Shown one piece after another: positions 18,646 to 27,158 of a DNA stretch of 64,000 nucleotides. A program made the translations under genes and the position numbers. Under the pieces are notes generated by a model. That model was not told the origin of the DNA, made no database searches, and saw only the letters and a list, made by a program, of their open reading frames with translations. Position 1 is the first letter of the stretch. Each line of letters starts with the position of its first letter. Location of the stretch: assembly GCA_963845185.1 (NCBI GenBank), contig CAWJRG010000005.1, forward strand, positions 480,001 through 544,000, given 5' to 3'. Origin of the DNA: an uncultured bacterium. Its GTDB lineage: Bacteria > Oederibacteriota > PGYV01 > CAWJRG01.

Positions 18646-19059
18646 ATGCCTGAATTATTAAGATTTGGAGTTTCATTGGACAGCCACCTTCTTAAAAAAT
18701 TTGATAACCACGTTAAAAATAACAAATATCCAACAAGGTCAAAAGCCATAGCCGATTTGATAAGAAAGGTATTTGTGGAACAAGAATGGGAGGATGGCAA
18801 AAATGTAGCTGGAGCCATAATAATTGTTTATGACCATCACAAGAGAGATCTAGTAAATAAGTTGATTAACACACAACACGATTTTCAGGACATTATAATA
18901 GCCTCACAGCATGTTCATCTTGATCACAACAATTGTCTCGAAGTGGTCGTTGTAAAGGGGAAAACGTCAAAAATTCGTGAGCTGGCGTCGATTTTAAAGT
19001 CCGCAAAAGGAGTAAAACACGCAGCTTTATCCGCCGCCACAACTGGTAAAAATTTTTAA
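18646..19059 (+). CDS. nikR: Nickel-responsive regulator NikR
   Basis: RFGVSL ribbon-helix-helix, YDHH, QH..., HVHLDHNNCLEV; SD GAGGTG before ATG 18646. Confidence 0.95.
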   Translation: MPELLRFGVSLDSHLLKKFDNHVKNNKYPTRSKAIADLIRKVFVEQEWEDGKNVAGAIIIVYDHHKRDLVNKLINTQHDFQDIIIASQHVHLDHNNCLEVVVVKGKTSKIRELASILKSAKGVKHAALSAATTGKNF

Positions 19060-19113
19060 TTCCATGTCAGCAATTCTATACTTATAATAATTAAACAATG
19101 TGGAAAAATCCTG

Positions 19114-19163
19114 TTGACATCTGGCTTCTATTCGTGCTACATTTTTTATAAACGTGGCACGAA
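19114..19163 (+). promoter_or_regulatory. Sigma70 promoter overlapped by a putative NikR operator
   Basis: TTGACA (19114)-N18-TACATT with extended TG; inverted repeat TTCGTGCTAC-N13-GTGGCACGAA at 19131-19163. Confidence 0.8.
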
Positions 19164-19175
19164 AGGAGCAATGGT

Positions 19176-19865
19176 ATGAATAAAGAAGGGTTAATATTAG
19201 CTTTGTTTTTTGTTCTTTTCGTCGTGGATAATGTATTTGCCTCAAGACCGCTTTCTACCGACGACGCGTACACAATCGAAAACGGCAAGACCGAGATAGA
19301 GCTGGGCTATGATTTTGTAGGAGGAACGGCTGGAGAAGATAATACACATATGGCCGGCATCCAGGTAGGACACGGCATTACGGAAAAGATGGACATAAAG
19401 GTCGTATTCCCCTATTCCGTGAGCCCAGCAAGAGGCGCGGAAGGTGTTTTAATCGGCTTAAAGCTGACGGTTTTAAGTGAAGCCGAAAATATACCCAGCG
19501 CTGCGGTGAGCGTTTTTACCGAGCCGGGGCAGCCGGAATACTCGGTAAACGGCATAATCTCAAAAACGCTGGGTTCTGTCAGCCTGTACCTGAATTTTGG
19601 CTATGAATCAACTGGTGTTCCGGGTGAGCAGGGAGGATATACATGTTCGATAGCCGGGGATTACAATATAACCGAAAATATCTCGATCGGAGCGGAAATA
19701 ATTGACTCAACGGAAGAAAAGTTTATTCATCATAATGTTACGCCGTTTATAGGCGCACGTTTTTCAGTGGCAGAATGGATCACGATAGATGCAGGAACAG
19801 GAATTAACTTTAGCAAAGAATCTCGATTAGTTCATGTGACATCTGGATTGACGTTAAAAATATAA
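19176..19865 (+). CDS. Putative outer-membrane beta-barrel transporter
   Basis: Signal peptide, RPLSTDDAYT N-terminal motif, amphipathic strands; first gene of the NikR-controlled operon. Confidence 0.65.
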   Translation: MNKEGLILALFFVLFVVDNVFASRPLSTDDAYTIENGKTEIELGYDFVGGTAGEDNTHMAGIQVGHGITEKMDIKVVFPYSVSPARGAEGVLIGLKLTVLSEAENIPSAAVSVFTEPGQPEYSVNGIISKTLGSVSLYLNFGYESTGVPGEQGGYTCSIAGDYNITENISIGAEIIDSTEEKFIHHNVTPFIGARFSVAEWITIDAGTGINFSKESRLVHVTSGLTLKI

Positions 19866-19881
19866 TTAAAAGGAGGAATAT

Positions 19882-20568
19882 ATGCACATACCTGATGGTT
19901 ATCTCGGCCCACCTACCTGTGCCGTAGCTTTTGCGGCTATGGTACCTATTTGGACGGTTGCCGTAAATAAGGTTAGGAAAACGCTCAAGACAAAACAGGT
20001 CCCTTTACTTGCATTAGGAGCGGCGTTTAGTTTTGTTATAATGATGTTCAATGTCCCTATACCTGGAGGTACGACCGGTCATGCTGTAGGCGGTGTTATC
20101 ATCGCAATACTGCTTGGCCCATGGGCTGCGTGCATAGCTATTACCGTAGCGCTCGTGATACAAGCGTTGCTTTTTGGTGACGGTGGAATCACAGCATTGG
20201 GCGCAAACTGTTTTAATATGGCTTTTGTCATTCCATTTACTGGCTACTATCTGTATAAACTTTTTGCTGGAAAGTCAAAAATTGGCTCAATGCGGCAAAT
20301 AATATCAGCTGGGGCCGCAGGATACCTAGGAATAAACCTTGCGGCTTTTTGTGCAGGAGTGGAATTCGGTTTACAACCTATTTTTCATCACACAGTATCC
20401 GGCCAATCTTTGTATTGTCCTTACGGTTTGAACGTGGCGGTACCAGCAATGTTGCTTGAGCACATAATACTTTTCGGCTGGGTGGAAGCAATCGTGACGG
20501 CGTTGGTGCTTGTTTACATCGGAAAACAAATGCCCGAGCTATTACAGAACGGGGGTGCAGATAAATGA
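19882..20568 (+). CDS. cbiM: ECF Co/Ni transporter substrate-binding component CbiM/NikM
   Basis: MHIPDGYL N-terminus, GTTGHAVG, QALLFGDGGITALGAN. Confidence 0.95.
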   Translation: MHIPDGYLGPPTCAVAFAAMVPIWTVAVNKVRKTLKTKQVPLLALGAAFSFVIMMFNVPIPGGTTGHAVGGVIIAILLGPWAACIAITVALVIQALLFGDGGITALGANCFNMAFVIPFTGYYLYKLFAGKSKIGSMRQIISAGAAGYLGINLAAFCAGVEFGLQPIFHHTVSGQSLYCPYGLNVAVPAMLLEHIILFGWVEAIVTALVLVYIGKQMPELLQNGGADK

Positions 20569-20903
20569 AGCCAACGATAAAATTGTGGATAGGACTAGCA
20601 GTGTTGGCAATCCTGTCACCGCTCGGATTGCTGCTGCCGTTATTTTTTAAGGCCGGGGCTGCGTGGGGCGAGTGGGGCACTGATGAAATAAAACAAATTG
20701 CAGGCTATGTTCCAGAGAAACTGAAAAAATTATCGGAATTATGGAAAGCTCCAATGCCTGATTACTCTTTTGCGGGCTGGGAGAATAAAAACATGGAGCA
20801 TTTGAGCTTTGCTTATATTTGTTCGGCAATTTTAGGCATAATAGTAATTGTTGGGATATCTTTTATTATAGGCAAGCTGCTTGTAAAAAAAGAGGAAAAA
20901 TAA
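20565..20903 (+). CDS. ECF accessory membrane component (NikN/PDGLE-like)
   Basis: LSPLGL..AWGEWG..APMPDYS, two TM helices; between cbiM and cbiQ. Confidence 0.8.
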   Translation: MKPTIKLWIGLAVLAILSPLGLLLPLFFKAGAAWGEWGTDEIKQIAGYVPEKLKKLSELWKAPMPDYSFAGWENKNMEHLSFAYICSAILGIIVIVGISFIIGKLLVKKEEK

Positions 20904-20904
20904 A

Positions 20905-21756
20905 TTGAAACGAAACAGTTTTATTGAAAAAACAATCCTCGCTGCGGTATCTATTATAAAAGAGTCTGTTTTTTCAGAAGAAATAGCATCCAAAATAGGT
21001 TTTCTGCAGGGACTGGATGCCAGATTTAAGGTTTTGTCTATTTTTGTTTTCGTGTTCTGCGCTCTTTTTCTGAGACATGAGCAATTGCTTCTAATACTTT
21101 ATGTATTATGTCTTGCGCTTACGGTTTTATCCGGCGTAAGTCTTATTTTTTTCTTTAAACGTACTCTGCTGTTCATACCCCTTTTTTCATTTTTAATAGT
21201 ATTCCCTTCAATATTCGGTTTTTTTACGCCGGGACAAGTAATATGGGAGGGACATATCGGCAGTGTTGTGTTTTCAATAACCAAACAGGGGCTAAATGGC
21301 GCTGTATTAATTATAACGCGTGTAACGGTTTCGGTATCCCTTATAATCTTACTCAGCCTTACAACCCGACATTTTGAATTGCTTAAGACGCTTAGGACGT
21401 TCGGAATACCGGATATTTTTGTAATGGTGGCCGGAATGTGTTACCGCTACATATACCTTTTCGCTGGAATTGTCGAGAACACTTTTCTTGCTATAAAGAG
21501 TCGAACCGGAGGAATCATAAAGACAGGGCACGGCCAAAAAATAACAGCCTGGAATATAGCAATGCTGTGGCGTAGGTCATATATATTAAATGAAAATGTA
21601 TACGACGCTATGCGCTCACGCGGTTTTACGGGTGAACCGGTATCGTTAAATGCGTCTATGGCAAAAATGCGGGATTTTATCTGGTTTGCATTTTTTATTA
21701 CTGCGGCAGCATCTTTTATTGCTCTTGATTATTTTATTAAAGGCTGGAAAACATAA
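20905..21756 (+). CDS. cbiQ: ECF transmembrane component CbiQ/NikQ
   Basis: LDARFK, YRYIYLF, AMRSRGF. Confidence 0.92.
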   Translation: MKRNSFIEKTILAAVSIIKESVFSEEIASKIGFLQGLDARFKVLSIFVFVFCALFLRHEQLLLILYVLCLALTVLSGVSLIFFFKRTLLFIPLFSFLIVFPSIFGFFTPGQVIWEGHIGSVVFSITKQGLNGAVLIITRVTVSVSLIILLSLTTRHFELLKTLRTFGIPDIFVMVAGMCYRYIYLFAGIVENTFLAIKSRTGGIIKTGHGQKITAWNIAMLWRRSYILNENVYDAMRSRGFTGEPVSLNASMAKMRDFIWFAFFITAAASFIALDYFIKGWKT

Positions 21757-22583
21757 TGAATGAAAATATTTTTGAACTAAAAAATATTGAGTATACTTAT
21801 CCTGGTAAAGTGCCAGCCCTAGCAGGCATCCGTCTTGATATAAAAAAAGGTGAACGTATAGCGCTAATAGGCGCAAACGGATCGGGGAAGTCAACTTTAC
21901 TTACTATGCTGAATGGTCTTATTTATCCGAGTAGTGGAACAATTGTTTCTTTCGATAGAGAACTTTCAGAAGCAGCGTTTAACGACATGGATTTTGTAAA
22001 ATTTTTCAGGGCAAAAACAGGTTTTGTATTCCAAAATCCCGAAGTACAACTTTTCTGCCCTACCGTGAGAGAAGATATAGCTTTTGGTCCGCTCTGTATG
22101 GGAATGCCTGCTGAAGAAGTCCGGAAACAAACGGAAGAAACAGCAGCAGAACTCGGTATAACAGAACTGCTCGACAGGCCGCCGCATCGTTTAAGCATAG
22201 GCGAAAAAAAGAAAGTGGCGTTAGCCACGGTGCTGGTGATTAACCCGGATGTCATGCTTCTTGATGAGCCAACAGCTGGGCTTGACCCGCTCACTACTCA
22301 ACATATAGTGGACATACTAGCCAAGGCTTCCACGGAAGGAAAAACAATAATAACAGCAACACACGACCTTCATATAGTTGAGGAGATATCTGACAGAGTG
22401 ATAATTCTATCAAGGCATGGTAACATAGCTGCCGAAGGTAAACCTGACGTACTTTTGAATAACTTTAAATTGTTGGAAGAAAACAATCTCGTTCATGCAC
22501 ATGGACATAAGCATGCGGATGGTACTACAATGCACGTACATCCGCATCAGCATTTACATCACAAACACGAACACAAAGAGTGA
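21756..22583 (+). CDS. cbiO: ECF ATPase CbiO/NikO with His-rich tail
   Basis: GANGSGKST, FQNPEVQLF, LSIGEKK, DEPTAGLD; C-terminal HAHGHKH...HVHPHQHLHHKHEH. Confidence 0.93.
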   Translation: MNENIFELKNIEYTYPGKVPALAGIRLDIKKGERIALIGANGSGKSTLLTMLNGLIYPSSGTIVSFDRELSEAAFNDMDFVKFFRAKTGFVFQNPEVQLFCPTVREDIAFGPLCMGMPAEEVRKQTEETAAELGITELLDRPPHRLSIGEKKKVALATVLVINPDVMLLDEPTAGLDPLTTQHIVDILAKASTEGKTIITATHDLHIVEEISDRVIILSRHGNIAAEGKPDVLLNNFKLLEENNLVHAHGHKHADGTTMHVHPHQHLHHKHEHKE

Positions 22584-22687
22584 GTGGACGCCTTAAGCGG
22601 ATTTTTCAGATTTCCGGACAGATAAAAAGCTTGAAAGAAGCAAAATTTTAAGCTATTATTCACATTGGATTAAGCTTGGATGTTGCG

Positions 22688-22770
22688 TGGTTCTTTTAAA
22701 ACGAATTGTTTGGTCCTCATGAAACGAAAACCTTGGTCCTTTTGACCGAAATTTGCACTGCGTTAATACA
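22688..22770 (-). repeat. IS21 right end with three inverted IstA-binding repeats
   Basis: TGGTYC...CGAA units at 22688, 22711 and 22734; terminus ...GTTAATACA mirrors the left TGTTAAT. Confidence 0.85.
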
Positions 22771-22878
22771 GGCAATATATTGCGTTTTGCTGGAAAATAC
22801 AGGGATTTATTGACGAATAGCTGCAGGTAAGGCAAAACCTTTGACAAGACTCTTCGGCACGCTGTCTTTGGCGTGGAT

Positions 22879-23304
22879 TTAAGTAAAAATTGAAATTATA
22901 ATGCCGGTTATAAGGACAATCACTGCGTAAAGCGAGCCCTTCCAGGGCGTATCAGCCTTTGTATCCTTGTACAAAGAATAATTAACGGCAAATATGCCGA
23001 TGCAGTATATTAAAGCCACGCAGGGAATTGAATATTTATAGAATATCCCCGGCAAAAAATAATTCACAACAGGAAAAATCATCAATAAAATTGATATTAC
23101 CAAAAAGCCGAGGCCCACAAGCCTTAGAAATGACAAAATTAAAAATTTAAGCGGGCCTTCTATTTCATCCCACGGCCTGCCGGCAGCCTGTTCTTGAAAT
23201 GGCAAAAATTTCCCGGATAAAAAGCTTTTTAATGCCATAACCAGGAAGACCAGGCCTACTAAAAAAAATAATACTATTGGTATTGCTTTAATGATTTCCG
23301 TCAT
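22879..23304 (-). CDS. Hypothetical 4-TM membrane protein
   Basis: MTEIIKAIP start after a GAGG SD; four hydrophobic segments. Confidence 0.7.
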   Translation of the reverse strand: MTEIIKAIPIVLFFLVGLVFLVMALKSFLSGKFLPFQEQAAGRPWDEIEGPLKFLILSFLRLVGLGFLVISILLMIFPVVNYFLPGIFYKYSIPCVALIYCIGIFAVNYSLYKDTKADTPWKGSLYAVIVLITGIIISIFT

Positions 23305-23350
23305 TGATTGCCACCTCAACAAGTTTTTAATGTTCTTTTTTTGATTTTTT

Positions 23351-23400
23351 GCAGTCTGCAAATAAAAAAAGGAACGGCTGTTTCTTGGCCGCCCTTTTTT
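23351..23400. terminator. Bidirectional intrinsic terminator (copy 1 of a duplicated element)
   Basis: A-run, GG(AA)CGGCT-loop-GGCCGCCC, T-run; near-identical to 24755-24802. Confidence 0.7.
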
Positions 23401-23485
23401 GATTCTTCTTAACACGCTGCACATAGCAAGTCCCACGCCTTTGCTTACCACTCACCCCATCCCACTTACCACTTATTTTTCCTTC

Positions 23486-24622
23486 TTATTGCGAGTGCCA
23501 CACATCGTTTACCTGGGTGCCGTATTGACCGCCTGCTTCAAGCCCGCCTATGACCCACATTTCATTATTAAACACAACGCTGCTGTGGAATTCCCTTGCA
23601 GGAAAAGCAGTGTATTGATTGACAATGCTCCAGTTCATACCGTCCATCGAGCCCCAAATATCATCGAGCAGATTTCCGTGATAGTCGCTGCCTGCTATGA
23701 CGTACATTATGTTGTTATATAAAACCGCGGAATGGCCGTCCCTCGGCGAAAACGCTGCTGCTTCTGTTCCAAGCGACCAGGATGTCCCGTCAATTGAATA
23801 AAACGTGTCATTCATATCATAACCATAATTATTGACGCCCCCAAGAATCCACAATTGATTTGAGGTAGTAATACTCGCGAACTCGTCCCTTGTGTCAAAC
23901 GCTGCCGAAGCCGCGGCCTCGGTCCATGTTATGCCGTCTGACGAATACCATGAATCATTCAAGAAGTTCCCTGACTCTTCGGATCCGCCTATTACCCACA
24001 TATAATTATTAAATACCACACTGCAATGGCCGTAGCGCGGATTAAATGCCGCGCCGCCTGTGGCTTGCGCCCAGTTTTGCCCGTCCGACGAATACCAGAC
24101 ATCGTTTAATGCAGCGCCGTTATCGTTGTCTAAAAAGACATCCCATCCGCCAATAACCCACATTAAATTATTGTATACCACACTGCTGTGGCTGTCCCTC
24201 GCGCTGAAAGCCGCGCCGCCCGTGGCATCATTCCAGTTTACGCCGTCGCTGGAATACCATACGTCGTTATAATCCCCATCATTGTTGTTAAATCCACCTA
24301 TTACCCACATTTCATTATTAAACACTACGCTTGTGTGGCTGTCCCTTGGGCTAAAAGCCGCATTGCCAGTGGCTACCACCCAGATGCCACCAGGATAAGG
24401 TGTCGGAGAAACAGTGAAGGTCGGAGAGATTGTATAAGTTGGAGATATGGTGGGTGTTGTAGTCTTTGTCCATAATGTAGCTATTGCGGTCAGCGTCAAA
24501 TTAGGAGTCGGCACAAAATGGCCTTGCAATCCCGGCCCCGAAGGTGTTGTTTTTTGGCTGCATGAAAATGCGATCAATGCTAAAACCAAAAAAATCAAAA
24601 TAAAAATATAATATTTTCTCAT
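23486..24622 (-). CDS. Kelch-repeat beta-propeller lipoprotein with Thr/Pro linker
   Basis: Lipobox AFSC; TPTISPTYTISPTFT linker; six AAF.PR..H..VVFNN.MWVIGG..NDVW.S.DG..W repeats. Confidence 0.85.
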   Translation of the reverse strand: MRKYYIFILIFLVLALIAFSCSQKTTPSGPGLQGHFVPTPNLTLTAIATLWTKTTTPTISPTYTISPTFTVSPTPYPGGIWVVATGNAAFSPRDSHTSVVFNNEMWVIGGFNNNDGDYNDVWYSSDGVNWNDATGGAAFSARDSHSSVVYNNLMWVIGGWDVFLDNDNGAALNDVWYSSDGQNWAQATGGAAFNPRYGHCSVVFNNYMWVIGGSEESGNFLNDSWYSSDGITWTEAAASAAFDTRDEFASITTSNQLWILGGVNNYGYDMNDTFYSIDGTSWSLGTEAAAFSPRDGHSAVLYNNIMYVIAGSDYHGNLLDDIWGSMDGMNWSIVNQYTAFPAREFHSSVVFNNEMWVIGGLEAGGQYGTQVNDVWHSQ

Positions 24623-24754
24623 TTTTACCTCCAAGCACGAGTTTATTTTGGAAACTTTAAATAATATGCTGATTTATATAATATTTGACGAATCCAAAAG
24701 GTCAAAAGTTTACTGGTTTAACACGCCATCGCATGCTTTAAATCCGGTTCTTCG

Positions 24755-24802
24755 GCAGTCTGCCAATAAAAAAAGGCGGCTGTTTTTTAGCCGCCCCTTT
24801 TT
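24755..24802. terminator. Intrinsic terminator (copy 2)
   Basis: AAAAAAAGGCGGCT-loop-AGCCGCCCCTTTTT downstream of the Bor-like pair. Confidence 0.75.
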
Positions 24803-24812
24803 AAGCTAAAAT

Positions 24813-25145
24813 TTACTTAATAACATCTACTTCGGTAGTGGTGGAAATAACTGTGACATTTGAACCGATACCATTAATCAGCCAATTTAAAAAACTCGTA
24901 TATGTGGTCACCTTGACCTTTTCTTTCGGCTGGATAAGATCTCTTGTGCTGTTGTCCCCGAGCGGTACAAGCCCCCATAGTAAATAAAAATTCATTTGGG
25001 TACGGACTTCTTTTACCTGGTATTTTTCCTGGTCAGGCATTAAATAAGCGTAGGAATTGTCTGGTGCTTCAACATTTACCGTAGAACAAGAAATAAAAAT
25101 AAAAACAATAAATACTGCAAGTAAAACCACGATTATTCTTCTCAT
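24813..25145 (-). CDS. Bor/Iss-like small lipoprotein (paralog 2)
   Basis: Lipobox FISC; NFYLLWGLVPLG motif; 110 aa. Confidence 0.7.
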   Translation of the reverse strand: MRRIIVVLLAVFIVFIFISCSTVNVEAPDNSYAYLMPDQEKYQVKEVRTQMNFYLLWGLVPLGDNSTRDLIQPKEKVKVTTYTSFLNWLINGIGSNVTVISTTTEVDVIK

Positions 25146-25170
25146 ATTCGCCTCTTTTTTAAGCTAAAAT

Positions 25171-25503
25171 TTATTTAATAACATCTACTTCGGTAGTGTT
25201 TGTGCTAATTGTAACAAAACCTATAATATAATTAAGAATGTAATTTACAACGGTTAAAGATGTGGTGACCTTGACTTTTTCTTTCGGCCGAATAAGGCTT
25301 TGTGAGCTGTTGTCGCCGAGCGGTATAAGCCCCCACAGTAAATAAAAATTCATTTTACTGCGGACTTCTTTTACCTGCCATTTTGCAGAATCTGGCATTA
25401 AATAAGCAAAGGAATTGTCCGGTGCTGCGACTTTTACCGTAGAACACGAAATAAAAATAAAAACAATAAATACTGCAAGAAAAACCAAGATTATCTTTTT
25501 CAT
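25171..25503 (-). CDS. Bor/Iss-like small lipoprotein (paralog 1)
   Basis: Lipobox FISC; NFYLLWGLIPLG; tandem duplicate of 24813-25145. Confidence 0.7.
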   Translation of the reverse strand: MKKIILVFLAVFIVFIFISCSTVKVAAPDNSFAYLMPDSAKWQVKEVRSKMNFYLLWGLIPLGDNSSQSLIRPKEKVKVTTSLTVVNYILNYIIGFVTISTNTTEVDVIK

Positions 25504-25819
25504 CTTCGCCTCCTTTTTTAAGTTGTTTGTTAGAATCCCATAATTATATGAATTATATCAGTATTAATTTAAAAATCAACTGATAGCGGAAAATAAAACC
25601 AGATTAGTTTCATCACTTAAAACCAAAACAATGACTAAGGAATCGGCGGGACAAGACACTGAACTTGCTTTCTCTACTGCAACCCCGGCTTTATTCCGAA
25701 GAACCGCCTATCTTATATGACAAACTAAAGAATTTGTCAGGTTAATACCCACGCCTCGCTGACTTTCAACAACTGAATAATAAACCAGTCTGCAACTGCC
25801 CTCATAGCAAGCTTTTATT

Positions 25820-25887
25820 GTAGAGACAGGCCCCTGCGCCTGTCTCGCTCTCATATCAGTAGAGACGACCCGGCGGGTCGTCTCTAC
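25820..25887. repeat. Pair of GTAG-type REP-like palindromes
   Basis: GTAGAGACAGG..CCTGTCTC (25820-25846) and GTAGAGACGACCCGGCGGGTCGTCTCTAC (25859-25887). Confidence 0.75.
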
Positions 25888-25897
25888 ATCTAATCCG

Positions 25898-26170
25898 TTA
25901 TATCCTGTCATACTCATCTTTTGTAATAACGCCTAAAACCTTTATATTCCTTTTATGCAATAACTTGCCCATTAAACTGTCATCATCCACCATTTGCGCA
26001 GAATAAATCCATCGGCCGTTCCTGCTTATAGCCAGAAAGAAATCACCGTAATAAGCATTGGGTGCAAATCTGTCTTTTAAAATATCTTTCTGGATACCGC
26101 CGACAAATGGAGTCCCGCTTACTTCCTGTTCCCATTGCTCTTTAGTATATACTTTATCTTTTTCAAGCAT
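25898..26170 (-). CDS. Hypothetical protein, 90 aa
   Basis: AGGAG SD and an upstream CTGACA-N17-TATAAA promoter. Confidence 0.6.
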   Translation of the reverse strand: MLEKDKVYTKEQWEQEVSGTPFVGGIQKDILKDRFAPNAYYGDFFLAISRNGRWIYSAQMVDDDSLMGKLLHKRNIKVLGVITKDEYDRI

Positions 26171-26266
26171 TGATACTCCTGTGGAGAAAAGTCTGAAAGG
26201 TTAACCGCAAATTTTATACAATAAATTAATGAATTTGTCAGGTTAATATCGCCAAAAGAATAAATG

Positions 26267-26758
26267 TTATTTGATTATTTGCTCGGCAGCATCATTTGCA
26301 CTCATATCAGAAACATCAATTTTTATTGTATCCAAATTGAAATATAGCGGAATCCGGGCGACGCTTCTGCTGATAACGTCTTCTTGTCTTATGCCGGCAT
26401 CAATATCTTTTTGCAGCCTTGCAATTAAATTTTCTTTTTTACAGATTAACGATATTTTCTTTATCTCGCAGGTATCAGCATTTAAATTGGAAATAATACC
26501 GTCAATAATACTTTGTTCATGCATCACCCAGCAAAAAATAATGTTTTCATAAGCAGAGCATTTTATAAAATTATTCAGCAGGTGGCATATATTATCAACT
26601 ACCATTGCTTTGGTTTCTTCCGTGACTTGAAACGGATTCATGTCCCAGCACCAGTCTCCGTTGAGGAATATGCTGTTAGGTAATTTCTTTTTAAGGCATT
26701 GGGCTACAGCAGTCTTTCCTACTCCCATTGTACCGCCGATTATATATAACTTTTTCAT
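26267..26758 (-). CDS. P-loop AAA-family nucleotide/small-molecule kinase
   Basis: MKKLYIIGGTMGVGKT, LNGDWCWDM; AGGAG SD before 26758. Confidence 0.8.
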   Translation of the reverse strand: MKKLYIIGGTMGVGKTAVAQCLKKKLPNSIFLNGDWCWDMNPFQVTEETKAMVVDNICHLLNNFIKCSAYENIIFCWVMHEQSIIDGIISNLNADTCEIKKISLICKKENLIARLQKDIDAGIRQEDVISRSVARIPLYFNLDTIKIDVSDMSANDAAEQIIK

Positions 26759-26843
26759 ATGCCTCTCCTGCAAATTCCGATTTGTCATACAGTTCCTATT
26801 AACAAAGCATAGCATAAGCCGCTGGAAAAGCCAATATGATGAA

Positions 26844-27110
26844 GCGGTGGGATTGGTCACCTCGCGCCTACCTCGGCGCTCCTCGACCCCCTCTCTCACT
26901 TACGCTCGGCTCTGCCTCACTTTTCCTCGCTATCCGCTCGGCGTTCGTTCGCTTCAATTCCCTAAAGCTCATTAAATAAAAATCCCCGCGGTGGGAATTG
27001 ACTACTACGCCGCTACCCACGGCTGCGTAGTCTCCCCTCTCTCACTTACGCTCGGCTCTGCCTCGCTCTTCCTCGCTATCCGCTCGGCGTTCGTTCGCTT
27101 CAATTCCCAC
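26844..27110. repeat. Two ~120-bp direct repeats bounded by tmRNA T-arm sequence
   Basis: Copies at 26844-26962 and 26988-27110 share a 75-bp core with 2 mismatches; GCGGTGGGAATTGA is identical to ssrA 27167-27180. Confidence 0.85.
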
Positions 27111-27120
27111 TTTCATATAA

Positions 27121-27157
27121 ATATAAAAAGGGAACCCAAAGGTTCCCCTTTTTATAT
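27121..27157 (-). terminator. ssrA intrinsic terminator
   Basis: ATATAAAAAGGGAACC-CAAA-GGTTCCCCTTTTTATAT. Confidence 0.85.
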
Positions 27158-27158
27158 T

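Larger units (their letters stand above)
16005..22770 (+). mobile_element. IS21-family transposon carrying nikR and a Ni/Co ECF transporter operon as cargo
   Basis: TGT...ACA termini with matching sub-terminal TGCAAAWTTCGG; 4 left and 3 right 23-bp-period repeats; istA-istB at the left end. No target-site duplication seen. Confidence 0.85.

Noticed and set aside
16114..22664. DnaA-box-like 9-mers near both transposon ends (TTATCCACT 16114, TTATTCACA 22656)
   Set aside because: Single copies, not symmetric in orientation, and expected by chance in AT-rich DNA.
22800..22870. GGCAAAACC-containing segment as a c-di-GMP-I riboswitch
   Set aside because: The required second stem and GNRA/receptor elements are not recognisable, and no gene follows on that strand.
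23305..23451. N-terminal extension of the membrane-protein ORF (likewise dprA 41587-41682 and mltG 12427-12459)
   Set aside because: These extensions cross terminators, hairpins or the upstream gene; downstream starts fit better.
26759..26899. N-terminal extension of the 210-aa kinase ORF, and ORFs 26640-26975 and 26991-27203
   Set aside because: They run through non-coding repeats or ssrA; the SD supports the start at 26758.
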